From: Candidatus Saccharimonadota bacterium
GTDB taxonomy: Bacteria > Bacteroidota > Bacteroidia > Cytophagales > Amoebophilaceae
Assembly: GCF_003351905.1 (NCBI RefSeq)
Contig: NZ_CP022339.1
Location: 270,001-302,000 of the forward strand
Reading direction: 5' to 3'
Length of the DNA: 32,000 nucleotides
Part shown: positions 18,216-26,640 of the stretch, piece by piece
Layout: every line of letters begins with the position of its first letter
Numbering within the stretch: position 1 is the first letter of the stretch
Program-made: the position numbers and the translations under genes
Notes under the pieces: generated by a model
Databases searched by the model: none
What the model was told of the DNA's origin: nothing
The model's input: the letters and a program-made list of their open reading frames with translations, nothing else

Positions 18216-18371
18216 AATATTCAGATAATAACTAAATAACGAGCGCTGGATAGCCCAGCCAGCTAGGCTATAGTTTTTTTATTTAAAACACCTGGTGAAT
18301 ATAGTGATTTTACCTATAACTTAACTATATTGCTTGCGCTGAGTGCGTAGGACAGATAAAACCTAAAATCT

Positions 18372-19775
18372 ATGTTTGCTACATTGCCCTTGTTATCTCT
18401 TAAGGCTACTGCCGCTACCCTATCGAATGGCATTCAGTATGGTACGAATGGTAGCCTAACGGTTCCTCCATTTTGGTTGGCCATACCTTTTATCCTTTTA
18501 TTATTGATGATTGCTACTGGTCCGCTTTTCTTTCCTACTTTTTGGCACAAACATTACCCAAAGGTAGCCATATTGTTGGCTACTTTCGTTATGGTATACT
18601 ACTGTACCGTCCTAGAAAACAAACTCAAACCTGTAGAAGCCGCAGCGGAATACGTACAGTTTATGGCTTTGATTACTGCTTTATACATGGCCACTGGCGG
18701 CATTGCCATTAAAGTACACAGACGTGTTACACCATTTATAAACATCATCCTACTTTTCACCGGTGGCTTATTTGCCAACTTAATTGGCACCACGGGGGCT
18801 TCTATGCTGTTTATACGTCCTTATTTAGGCTTAAATAGAGGCCGCATTAAAGTCTATCATATTGTCTTTTTTATCTTTATAGTTAGCAATATAGGGGGCG
18901 CATTAACGCCTATTGGAGACCCCCCCCTATTTTTAGGATTTCTTAAAGGGGTGCCTTTTGCATGGACTTTAATGCACAACAGCCTCCCTTGGCTGATGGC
19001 CCTTGTGCTATTATTGTCTATTTTTTACTTTTTTGAACGCAGCAACAAGGCAGTGCCAACGGATGCGCCCTGCGCAGGTATCGTTTCCATTGCAGGTAGT
19101 AAAAATTTCATTTGGTTGGTGCTGATTATTGGTGCCGTCTTTTTAGATCCAACCATTTGCACATGGTTGCCTACCATTGATTACCATGGCCATCCTATTT
19201 CTTTTGTACGTGAGTTGATTATGCTGACCATAGCTACGCTTGCCTTTTATACTGCCAACAAACAAGTACTTCTATCCAATGGATTTAGTCTTGCACCTTT
19301 AAATGAGGTCTGTTTAATCTTTATAGGTATCTTTGGTACCATGATCCCCGCACTTGAATTAATTGGCAGCTTTGCGGCATCCGAAGTGGGTAAACAGCTG
19401 ATTACACCTACTACTTTATATTGGGGAACGGGATTTTTTTCCTCTGTTTTGGATAACGCACCTACCTACCTTAACTTTGTAGCGGCCAGTATGGCTGCAC
19501 AAGGGGGCAGTATTGAACAGTTAGCCGATGTGCAAGCCTATGCAGCAGGAGGCATCTACCCTGACTCAGTCACTAAATTAAGCGCCATTGCTTTAGCTTC
19601 GGTTTTTTTTGGTGCCATGACCTATATTGGCAATGGCCCTAACTTTATGGTTAAAGCAATTGCTGAACAAGCAGGCGTCACCATGCCTCCCTTTGGACGC
19701 TATATCTTTCGGTTTTCTATGCCTATTTTACTTCCTATACTTTTTATGATTTGGGTATTTTTCTTTGCATTGTAA
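18372..19775 (+). CDS. Multi-pass permease, ArsB/NhaD-superfamily (putative Na+/H+ antiporter or anion transporter)
   Basis: 467 aa with more than 10 hydrophobic segments. The block NIGGALTPIGDPPLFLGFLKGVPF resembles blocks in proteins commonly annotated as sodium:proton antiporter or citrate-transporter-like. This is a family-level call only. Confidence 0.6.
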   Translation: MFATLPLLSLKATAATLSNGIQYGTNGSLTVPPFWLAIPFILLLLMIATGPLFFPTFWHKHYPKVAILLATFVMVYYCTVLENKLKPVEAAAEYVQFMALITALYMATGGIAIKVHRRVTPFINIILLFTGGLFANLIGTTGASMLFIRPYLGLNRGRIKVYHIVFFIFIVSNIGGALTPIGDPPLFLGFLKGVPFAWTLMHNSLPWLMALVLLLSIFYFFERSNKAVPTDAPCAGIVSIAGSKNFIWLVLIIGAVFLDPTICTWLPTIDYHGHPISFVRELIMLTIATLAFYTANKQVLLSNGFSLAPLNEVCLIFIGIFGTMIPALELIGSFAASEVGKQLITPTTLYWGTGFFSSVLDNAPTYLNFVAASMAAQGGSIEQLADVQAYAAGGIYPDSVTKLSAIALASVFFGAMTYIGNGPNFMVKAIAEQAGVTMPPFGRYIFRFSMPILLPILFMIWVFFFAL

Positions 19776-19804
19776 CCCAATAAAGATCATCGCTTATATA
19801 TTCA

Positions 19805-20548
19805 ATGGGTCAAACAGCCAAGAGCGTAGTCTCTTTGTTTTTAACGGTTGGTCTATGCGTATCGCTACTGTTTGTGGGCAAAAAGCATGCTACTTTACTA
19901 TGCGAAGCTATAGAAATCTCCATCAAGGAGGAACCAGGACAATCTTTTATAACCCCTAAAGAAGTCATGAACTGCTTAGCATCTACCTACAAAATCTCAT
20001 TACAAAAAACACCACTCAAAAATATCCACACACATGCCATACAACATCACCTTGCCAGCCACCCATTTATAAAAAATGTATGGGTCTATAAAACCTGGCA
20101 GGGCATCTTAAAAATTTGCTTAGAAACCAAATATTGTATAGCCCGTATCATCAACCGAACGGAGCCCAATGAGGTCTACCTGGATGAAGCCGGCTGCTTG
20201 CTAGAGGCCAAAGGCCTACCCTTACTGCGCCTGCTGATTATAACGGGTCAAAATATAGGTATAGCAAACAACACGCTGCGCGACAAGGGCTTATTAGCGT
20301 TGTTACACTTCATTTATAAGCATCCCTTTTGGAAACGACAGATTACAAGCTTAGAGGTAACAGCCCATGGCAAAATCATACTGGGTACACAAGTAGGTGG
20401 ACACCAAATCACATTCGGAAAGGCAGAAAACATAGACGAAAAATTTGAGAAACTATGGCTTTTCTATACCCAGGTTATTCCTTATAAAGGATGGAAAGCA
20501 TACCATCTTGTAAATGTAGAATTTGACAATCAGCTGATTTGCGAATAA
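19805..20548 (+). CDS. FtsQ/DivIB-like cell-division protein (single N-terminal TM plus a POTRA-like region); tentative
   Basis: 247 aa. It has an N-terminal TM (VVSLFLTVGLCVSLLFV), then I-x-I-x-G-like IEISIKEEP and ...HPFIKNVWVYKTWQGILKICLETKYCIARI. This resembles the FtsQ POTRA pattern (beta strand, V-x-R-x-x-P-x-x-L-x-I-x-V-x-E). Confidence 0.4.
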   Translation: MGQTAKSVVSLFLTVGLCVSLLFVGKKHATLLCEAIEISIKEEPGQSFITPKEVMNCLASTYKISLQKTPLKNIHTHAIQHHLASHPFIKNVWVYKTWQGILKICLETKYCIARIINRTEPNEVYLDEAGCLLEAKGLPLLRLLIITGQNIGIANNTLRDKGLLALLHFIYKHPFWKRQITSLEVTAHGKIILGTQVGGHQITFGKAENIDEKFEKLWLFYTQVIPYKGWKAYHLVNVEFDNQLICE

Positions 20549-20637
20549 GTATAGGTGCCAACAAGGCCATCTCCTTATCTGTATCTGTTCAAAAAATGGC
20601 GTCAACTTAAGGATTTTTTATTGATTTTCAAATAAAA

Positions 20638-21082
20638 ATATCTATTCGCGCCATTGGTTAGCAATGAATTTTATCCCACTTATATTTTAATAAAAAAGTG
20701 GACAAAAAATCAAGCCCTCGGTAAAAAGTCGCTGAAAGTGCCATCCTACAGATGGAAAAACAGAAAGCGCCCCCTTTGGGGGCTTCAAAGCAAACTGTTT
20801 TTCCTAATCATCTGTAACATGCCACTTTCTAAACCGCAACTTTTTACAGGGGCGTTGTTCTTTTTAAGTGAATTGAATAGATATATTTGCTGTTATTTCG
20901 TCAAGTTAAGTCGATTATGTCCGCCGATAAAAAAACTTGGTGGCCATAGGCAACTACCTATACGCATTAGCCATTGCTATCGCTGTGTTAGCATAGATAT
21001 TCTTTAAGATAACGCTACTGGCTGAACACATACTTTTCTTGATAAAAAAAGTAAGCAAAAAACCAGTGACTGGAACAGACAC
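20638..21082 (-). mobile_element. Composite MITE-like element, copy A3 (inverted relative to A1), carrying a collapsed B module and internal terminal-repeat remnants
   Basis: The left end ATATCTATTCGCGCCATTGGTT and the reverse complement of the right end GTGTCTGTTCCAGTCACTGGTT both match the family terminal repeat. The long A hairpin spans about 20711-20860 with its core at 20754-20804. At 20917-20947 (ATGTCCGCCGATAAAAAAACTTGG/TGGCCAT) only the left arm of the B palindrome seen at 26718 is kept. An internal end-like CTGGCTGAACACATAC lies at 21017-21032, and a small hairpin at 21031-21053. Confidence 0.55.
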
Positions 21083-21083
21083 C

Positions 21084-21407
21084 CTAAAAAAGCGTAGGCA
21101 ATGGGTTTTGTTTCGGTAGCTGCTCAGCCAATAGCGCAGACCATGGGGCAATCTTAAAAGTTTTACGACGTGCCGTAGCGCCGCTTACTAAGCTAATATT
21201 GCTTTTGGCTATACGCAACGTTTTAGCCAAAAGTGCCACAATCGCTTGATTGGCTTTACCCCCCTCAGGAGGAGCCATAACACGGAGCTGCAATATATAT
21301 TTCCCTCCTTCCTCTATCCAGTGTTCAATTTTATCTTGATGGCTTTTAGGTTTTGCATAAATATGCAAAAAGTATACAACGTGATCAGATGCGGTCATAG
21401 GGTCCAC
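21084..21407 (-). CDS. YggU/DUF167 (UPF0235) family protein
   Basis: 107 aa. GGKANQAIVALLAKTLRIAKSNISLVSGATARRKTFKI matches the conserved DUF167 C-terminal pattern (G-x-AN...G..SR-x-K). Confidence 0.8.
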   Translation of the reverse strand: MDPMTASDHVVYFLHIYAKPKSHQDKIEHWIEEGGKYILQLRVMAPPEGGKANQAIVALLAKTLRIAKSNISLVSGATARRKTFKIAPWSALLAEQLPKQNPLPTLF

Positions 21408-21561
21408 TTAAAGCATAGATACTACTGATGATTAAACAATATACCACTTTCCCATGGATGATGGATCACTCCCTGGCAATCCCCACCCTATCTTAACTTG
21501 TATCCCCACCTTATTATCTACTGCGTGCCCAATGGCTTCACTTTTACAATGGTACTATCCT

Positions 21562-21640
21562 ATATCTGTTATACGTTCCAGTCACTGGGCGTTTATTGTT
21601 AAAAACAAATGCCTTACGAACCAGTGGCGTGCATAGAAAG
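21562..21640. mobile_element. Minimal (~79 bp) derivative of the same element: two terminal repeats with almost no interior
   Basis: ATATCTGTTATACGTTCCAGTCACTGGG lies at 21562-21589 (inverted-orientation terminal repeat). AACCAGTGGCGTGCATAGAAAG lies at 21619-21640, matching the A2 right end at 19/22. The flanking octamers are ACTATCCT (21554-21561) and GCTATCCC (21641-21648), which share 6/8 positions. Confidence 0.45.
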
Positions 21641-21843
21641 GCTATCCCTAAGTGGATACCATAGGTTAAAGAGCTATAGATTACAAATCAATTATTTATA
21701 TCAAATCTTATGCGTCAACCATCGATGAACAGGCTGCATACATTTTGATATTACTTTAATTTTTCTTAGTATGAAAAAATTAACAACAAATTTTTCAACA
21801 CCTGTTACGAGGAGTCAATTGTGCAGATTATATTAAACTAATT

Positions 21844-22281
21844 ATGATAATGATAATGATTAGACTAATAAAAATCAATCTTTTATTGATTTTGAGCTAC
21901 ACTACTTCTTCATGTAGTCATCTAACTGAACCCATTTTAGTAAATATAAAGCGGACATGGGGCATGAGGAAGCATACCCCCCCCCCCCAGGCCATTAACC
22001 ACTACAATCCTTTAAAAGCCATACGAGATACAGTGCATAAAATCATTCCCTCTGTTATCCCGAATTTAAGGCAAACCTATATCAGGCAGATAAATCAGAC
22101 GCAACCTAGAGAAGACAGGCTACTCCCTAGTAGCATCCATCCATCGCTAAAAGATATAAATCAGGAGCAACCTAGAGGAAACAGGCTACCCACTAGTAGC
22201 ATCCATCCATCACCAAGAGATGAAGCATCAATGGATCACCTAAAGTGGTTGATAGCGATCCATTCAGATGAAATCAAATAA
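21844..22281 (+). CDS. Hypothetical small lipoprotein-like protein with a Pro tract and a 22-aa tandem repeat; possibly the N-terminal remnant of the decayed ankyrin gene downstream
   Basis: 145-aa ORF. It has a hydrophobic N-terminus ending in a Cys (LLLILSYTTSSC). A C12 homopolymer at 21977-21988 encodes PPP. There are two 66-bp tandem units. No recognisable domain. Confidence 0.45.
   Translation: MIMIMIRLIKINLLLILSYTTSSCSHLTEPILVNIKRTWGMRKHTPPPQAINHYNPLKAIRDTVHKIIPSVIPNLRQTYIRQINQTQPREDRLLPSSIHPSLKDINQEQPRGNRLPTSSIHPSPRDEASMDHLKWLIAIHSDEIK
22090..22221 (+). repeat. Tandem direct repeat, 2 x 66 bp, in frame (22 aa each)
   Basis: Unit 1 (22090-22155) is ATAAATCAGACGCAACCTAGAGAAGACAGGCTACTCCCTAGTAGCATCCATCCATCGCTAAAAGAT. 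Unit 2 (22156-22221) is ATAAATCAGGAGCAACCTAGAGGAAACAGGCTACCCACTAGTAGCATCCATCCATCACCAAGAGAT. At protein level these read INQTQPREDRLLPSSIHPSLKD and INQEQPRGNRLPTSSIHPSPRD. Confidence 0.85.
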
Positions 22282-22371
22282 CATAACAAAAAAAAATTAT
22301 AGGTATATACATGATGGCTACATGTTTTCCTATTCACCCAAGGCATATGACAAGCAATCGGGCCGTCATAA

Positions 22372-22795
22372 CGAATTTCATCCGACCATGGGATTACACG
22401 CTGGGCGATAGATTCTGGCCATAAAGAAATGGTAGAAGCACTAATCCGAGAGGCTCCCCTGGTGCATATCGGTAGAAAAAGTAACGCTCTTGACTTGTCT
22501 CTGCTATTAAACTACGCCATAGCGTTTGGAACCACAGCAATAGTAAAAGCTTTACTGGATACAGGCCAACCCAAACCAGATATATGATCGCAATAAGCCA
22601 CTTATATAGGGGAATAGATTGATGCTTGCAGAGATATATGACCGAAAAGATATAGCCAATATTATTCATCATCCATATAACAAACTATATGCGCACCATC
22701 TGCTCGTCGAGGCAGCTAAAGTAGATAACCATGCAGAAGAAGCAATCTATACTATACTAACGGATGCAGGCTGGATACCACCTCAAATCTACTAA
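22372..22795 (+). pseudogene. Decayed ankyrin-repeat gene fragment (no start codon, internal stops and a frame change)
   Basis: Frame 1 from 22372 reads RISSDHGITRWAIDSGHKEMVEALIREAPLVHIGRKSNALDLSLLLNYAIAFGTTAIVKALLDTGQPKPDI then a stop, which is ANK-like (G-x-T-x-x-x-A-x-x-x-GH-x-E-x-V-x-x-LI). After a frame shift it continues NKPLI-stop-GNRLMLAEIYDRKDIANIIHH...LLVEAAKVDNHAEEAIYTILTDAGW and ends at the TAA at 22793-22795. Confidence 0.5.
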
Positions 22796-22992
22796 AATAA
22801 ACCGTTTTAAATCGCACACCCAATCGCCTGCGGGCCATCACAGGGTGCCCAAACCATCCATTTTACGGTAGGACAACAGTGGCTGACGCAAAGAGACAAC
22901 AGATGTCTCTTGCAAAGCAGTATTGGATGCTATGCTATTATTTTCTAAATTCGACTAGTGGTGTAGAGACTAACTATTAAAGATGAAGCATA

Positions 22993-23733
22993 ATGAATGA
23001 TTATATAAAAGATTATACACGCGCTAGGCGAGCTGTGGATGGTGGTTTGCAGCGTTATATGGTTAAGGTATATCTGCATATGACGCTTGGGCTGTTGATT
23101 ACAGCTGTTGCAGCTGCTGCTGCCTTTACTTTTCCCCCTTTAACCAATCTACTTTTTAAATTGGACCAATGGGGAGATATAGTGGGGCGTACTATGTTGG
23201 GCTATGGGTTGATGTTTGCGCCATTTTGCATTGCGATCTATCTATCAGGTAGCTTTTTTAGATCAACCTTTACACGGTCGCGTTTCCTTTTAGGGCTGTA
23301 TGCTATGCTGATGGGTATGTCATTGGCTGAATTAGCTTTTTTTTATACGATTGATTCTTTGCATAAAACGGTCCTTATAACGGCTTTTACCTTTGGAGCG
23401 ATGAGTATCTATGGTTACACGACTAACCGTGATTTAACCTCTGTTGGCTCTTTTTGTATGATGGCTATTTGGGGGTTGATGATCAGTGCTGTAGTAAATA
23501 TTTTTTTTCAGAGCGATCTGATTCATTTTCTAGGCAGCTTTATAGGCGTAATTGTATGCATCGCGCTTATAGCTTATAACACGCAAAAATTAAAAACCCT
23601 CTATTATGAGGTACAGGAAACAGCATTAGCAGAAAAAGCTGCCCTAATGGGTGCCTTTTCACTTTATCTTAGCTTCTTAAACCTGTTTGTATACCTATTG
23701 CGTTTTTTAGGCGCACAAAAAAGAAGAGATTAA
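22993..23733 (+). CDS. Bax inhibitor-1 / YccA family membrane protein
   Basis: 246 aa with seven hydrophobic segments. The N-terminal GLQRYMVKVYLHMTLGLLITA, then GAMSIYGYTTNRDLTSVGSF and LIAYNTQKLK, are typical of the BI-1/YccA (TMBIM) family. Confidence 0.85.
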   Translation: MNDYIKDYTRARRAVDGGLQRYMVKVYLHMTLGLLITAVAAAAAFTFPPLTNLLFKLDQWGDIVGRTMLGYGLMFAPFCIAIYLSGSFFRSTFTRSRFLLGLYAMLMGMSLAELAFFYTIDSLHKTVLITAFTFGAMSIYGYTTNRDLTSVGSFCMMAIWGLMISAVVNIFFQSDLIHFLGSFIGVIVCIALIAYNTQKLKTLYYEVQETALAEKAALMGAFSLYLSFLNLFVYLLRFLGAQKRRD

Positions 23734-23760
23734 CACCCCTACCAAGGGAGGATATTGGTA

Positions 23761-23796
23761 GCCTCAAACCCATTGCACTGACCCTGGGTTTGAGGC
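23761..23796 (+). terminator. Stem-loop just downstream of the BI-1 family gene (candidate terminator or RNA-stabilising hairpin)
   Basis: GCCTCAAACCC (23761-23771) pairs perfectly with GGGTTTGAGGC (23786-23796) across a 14-nt loop. A second 7-bp hairpin, CTACCAA/TTGGTAG, lies at 23739-23761. No U-tract follows, so this is not a canonical intrinsic terminator. Confidence 0.3.
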
Positions 23797-24124
23797 TAAG
23801 ACCTGTCTGCTTCAGGTATCTGTTTTTGCCTTGTTTGTAACATAGGGTGGTCATGCCGGCTAAAAAGATACATTTTAATTGCTGCCTTGTGCAAGCCAAC
23901 CAATTTCATATATTCCGCCCTACGCTTTTTAGTAAGCAAGCAATATCTATCAACTAAATGTGTAGCTAGCCTATGTAGTTTTATACTGACCACTTGGTTG
24001 TATACAAAAACAAAACACCGATCCAACATAAGTTAATGGCAGCCCCTCTTCAACAACTGGCTGCAAAACAATGGTCTATAATAGCGTAATAGGGTTTTAT
24101 AAATAGCTAAAAAAGAAGTCATTC

Positions 24125-25516
24125 ATGCATACCGATAGCAAGATTATTTGGGATAAATGTCTTCTATATATTCAAGGTCAGATCAGTGAACAAACCTATA
24201 AGACCTGGTTTAGCCCTATTATGGCCAAAGACTTCAAAGATGGCATCTTAACCATTCAAGTTCCTAGTCAATTTTTTTATGAGTGGCTAGAAGAACACCA
24301 TTTGCCTTTGTTAAAGCAAGCAGTACTGCAAGAAATAGGTCCACATGGCAAGCTAGCCTATGCTGTTGTGATAGACAAAGGGAATAAAAAGCAGAAACCC
24401 TTGATGGTGAATTTACCTACCTACCCAGGGCCAGCACCAAAAGGCGTACCTGCAATACCACCTACCACTTTAGGGAATGAAATCTTTCAATTAAATCCTA
24501 ATTACCTTTTTGATAACCTCATAGAAGGCAGCTGCAACCAACTTGCTAAGTCTGCAGCACAAGCCGTTGCGCAACAACCAGGCGGTACGGCTTTTAATCC
24601 GCTGATGCTTTATGGAGGTGTAGGGTTAGGCAAAACCCATATTTCTCAAGCCATTGGCAATGCAGTTAAAACATTTTTCCCAGAGAAAAAAGTGGCTTAT
24701 GTTTCCTCAGAAAAGTTTACCACACAGTTTATAGAAGCTTTACGCAACAACTACGTGCAATCTTTTACAGGGCAATACCTAGCCGTCGATTTGCTGATCT
24801 TGGATGACATCCAGTTTCTATCTGGTAAAGAAAAAACACAAGAAATATTTTTTCATATCTTTAACCATCTGCATCAATTAAAAAAACAAATTATCATTAC
24901 CAGTGACTGCGCACCACGTGACTTAAAAGGGTTACAAGAACGGCTGCTTTCTAGGTTCAAATGGGGGTTAACGGCAGACTTGCAGTGCCCGGATTTTGAA
25001 ACCCGCGTAGCGATTATACATAGTAAAGTGGCAGCAGATGGCATCACGCTTTCATCAGATTTGATTGACTATATTGCCCAACACGTCGACACCAATATAC
25101 GAGAATTAGAGGGGGTACTTATTTCACTTATTGCGCATGCTTCGTTGACCAAACGAGACATGAATATAGAATTGGCGCAACAAGTTTTAAAGCATATTGT
25201 GGCGCAGCACCAACCTACGGAAGCTACTATTGACGTACTGCAACAACAAATAGTGGCGCACTATAATATTTCTTTGGATGATCTCAAGGGTAAATCACGT
25301 AAAAAAGAGATTGTAGTTGCACGCCAAATAGCCATGCACCTGACCAAAAAATATACCACACACTCTTTAAAATCAATAGGTAGCTACTTTGGCGGAAGAG
25401 ACCATACCACGGTGATACATGCTCTACAAGTCATAGATAACCTATTGAACAAAGACCCAGAATATGCCCAGTTGTATGCATCACTGGAAAATAAAATCAA
25501 ATCAACTATAAAATAA
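24125..25516 (+). CDS. dnaA: Chromosomal replication initiator protein DnaA
   Basis: 463 aa. The N-terminus is W..CL..I...IS...Y.TWF. AAA+ Walker A is GGVGLGKTHISQAIGN and Walker B is LILDDIQFL. The sensor region is IRELEGVL. The C-terminal DNA-binding domain has VVARQIAMHLTKK...GGRDHTTVIHA. Confidence 0.97.
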   Translation: MHTDSKIIWDKCLLYIQGQISEQTYKTWFSPIMAKDFKDGILTIQVPSQFFYEWLEEHHLPLLKQAVLQEIGPHGKLAYAVVIDKGNKKQKPLMVNLPTYPGPAPKGVPAIPPTTLGNEIFQLNPNYLFDNLIEGSCNQLAKSAAQAVAQQPGGTAFNPLMLYGGVGLGKTHISQAIGNAVKTFFPEKKVAYVSSEKFTTQFIEALRNNYVQSFTGQYLAVDLLILDDIQFLSGKEKTQEIFFHIFNHLHQLKKQIIITSDCAPRDLKGLQERLLSRFKWGLTADLQCPDFETRVAIIHSKVAADGITLSSDLIDYIAQHVDTNIRELEGVLISLIAHASLTKRDMNIELAQQVLKHIVAQHQPTEATIDVLQQQIVAHYNISLDDLKGKSRKKEIVVARQIAMHLTKKYTTHSLKSIGSYFGGRDHTTVIHALQVIDNLLNKDPEYAQLYASLENKIKSTIK

Positions 25517-25879
25517 GGGAGCTATTTGCGCGCTCTGGCACCAAATCACTGCTTTATTCCTCACTATTGTTCGTTCCGATACTTTATAGAAAGGTATATA
25601 AATATTGCTCATAATGAAATATTTTAATATATTTTATAATGCTCTAATATAGAGATCAGCTATAGGAGGCTATTGCTTACAGACTGTTAACGTATAGGTT
25701 ATTTGCGCAGCAGGGAAGAGCTATTGAGTAGCCATAGCCAATCAAAAGAGTAAGCAAGTAACTGAAACAATAGCATACGTAGTCACAAGGTTAGGCTAAA
25801 AGGTTGGCACCATAGCGCTCTATATAGAGCTAGTATTAAGCATCGATCAATTATTACAATCAAAAAAACAGCAAACATT

Positions 25880-26617
25880 ATGCGCACTAAACATTTCACT
25901 ATTTGGGTAGTCTATATTTTATTCAATATGACAGCTTGTTCTTTTCATCAAAAGGATTATGTTGGTGAGGAACCATTCGATAGTGGTTATAAATCTGGCT
26001 ATGAGAATAACTCATACGAAATAGATTATGACTCTCCGCAAGGTAGTAGAAGCAGTAAAAGTGCTAACGGTAAGGATGAGATCCCCAATTTGCACCTTCC
26101 ATCAACTTCAACCGGGGTGTCTGAAACGAATGCTACACAACCAGCGCAAGAAACAAATAAAAAAAAGAAATGGAAAAAAATTCCATTTAATTTCAAAAAA
26201 AACAAGCACAGCAATAATAGTGATAGTGGTTTGGAAGAGAGCGAAGATGAGGATGATGGTGAGGATGATTATCAGGGGTGCAATGAGGTTAAGACATGCC
26301 TAAAATATGAGAGTAGAAAGGAAAAAAAAGAAAAGAAACAGAGAAGTCAAAAAATAAAAACATGTGTGGCATTATCTAATGGAGTCAATGTACCAATCCA
26401 AATAGGAGTGGCACTTGTCACTGGAGGCGCATCAACAATCGTAAGCGCAGGAGGATCAGTTGTTATAACAGCAGGAGCAGCATACTTAAAAAATCCAGAA
26501 AAAGTAAAAGTGAAGATGAAGGCTATGAAAAAAAGTGCTCAGGACCTATACACCAAATCGAAAGAAAAATTCAACAATAAATCTAAATACAATAATCTAG
26601 ACGAATCTAAAGATTAA
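25880..26617 (+). CDS. Hypothetical lipoprotein-like, low-complexity charged protein with a C-terminal Gly/Ala-rich hydrophobic segment
   Basis: 245-aa ORF. The N-terminus FTIWVVYILFNMTAC is signal plus Cys, lipobox-like. Acidic, Ser-rich and Lys-rich tracts follow (DSGYKSGYENNSYEIDYDS; EESEDEDDGEDD; KKEKKQRSQK). Then comes VPIQIGVALVTGGASTIVSAGGSVVITAGAAYL. No recognisable domain. Confidence 0.55.
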   Translation: MRTKHFTIWVVYILFNMTACSFHQKDYVGEEPFDSGYKSGYENNSYEIDYDSPQGSRSSKSANGKDEIPNLHLPSTSTGVSETNATQPAQETNKKKKWKKIPFNFKKNKHSNNSDSGLEESEDEDDGEDDYQGCNEVKTCLKYESRKEKKEKKQRSQKIKTCVALSNGVNVPIQIGVALVTGGASTIVSAGGSVVITAGAAYLKNPEKVKVKMKAMKKSAQDLYTKSKEKFNNKSKYNNLDESKD

Positions 26618-26640
26618 CATAAGGATGTCTTCGATATAAG

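Noticed and set aside
18258-18290. A stem-loop followed by a T-run (TAGCC...GGCTA TAGTTTTTTT) as a terminator
   Set aside because: It lies between divergently transcribed genes, where no transcript should end. The stem is only 5-6 bp.
20654-21151. Track ORFs 20654-21007 (+) and 20954-21151 (-)
   Set aside because: Both lie within the composite repeat element (20638-21082). The second also overlaps the 3' end of the DUF167 gene. The sequence is homologous to non-coding copies elsewhere in the window.
22394-22672. Track ORF 22394-22672 (-), 92 aa
   Set aside because: It is antisense to sequence that translates into ankyrin-like repeats on the plus strand. It is hydrophobic nonsense with no motif, so it is most likely spurious.
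23796-24029. Track ORFs 23669-23899 and 23796-24029 (-) upstream of dnaA, considered as rpmH or a transposase remnant
   Set aside because: Neither translation resembles ribosomal protein L34 (there is no KRTFQP start). The weak HTH-like stretch KKRRAEYMKLVGL is too short to support a transposase call.
23734-24124. A DnaA-box cluster upstream of dnaA
   Set aside because: A visual scan found no TTATCCACA/TGTGGATAA-like 9-mers with one mismatch or fewer. A matrix scan is needed before claiming any.
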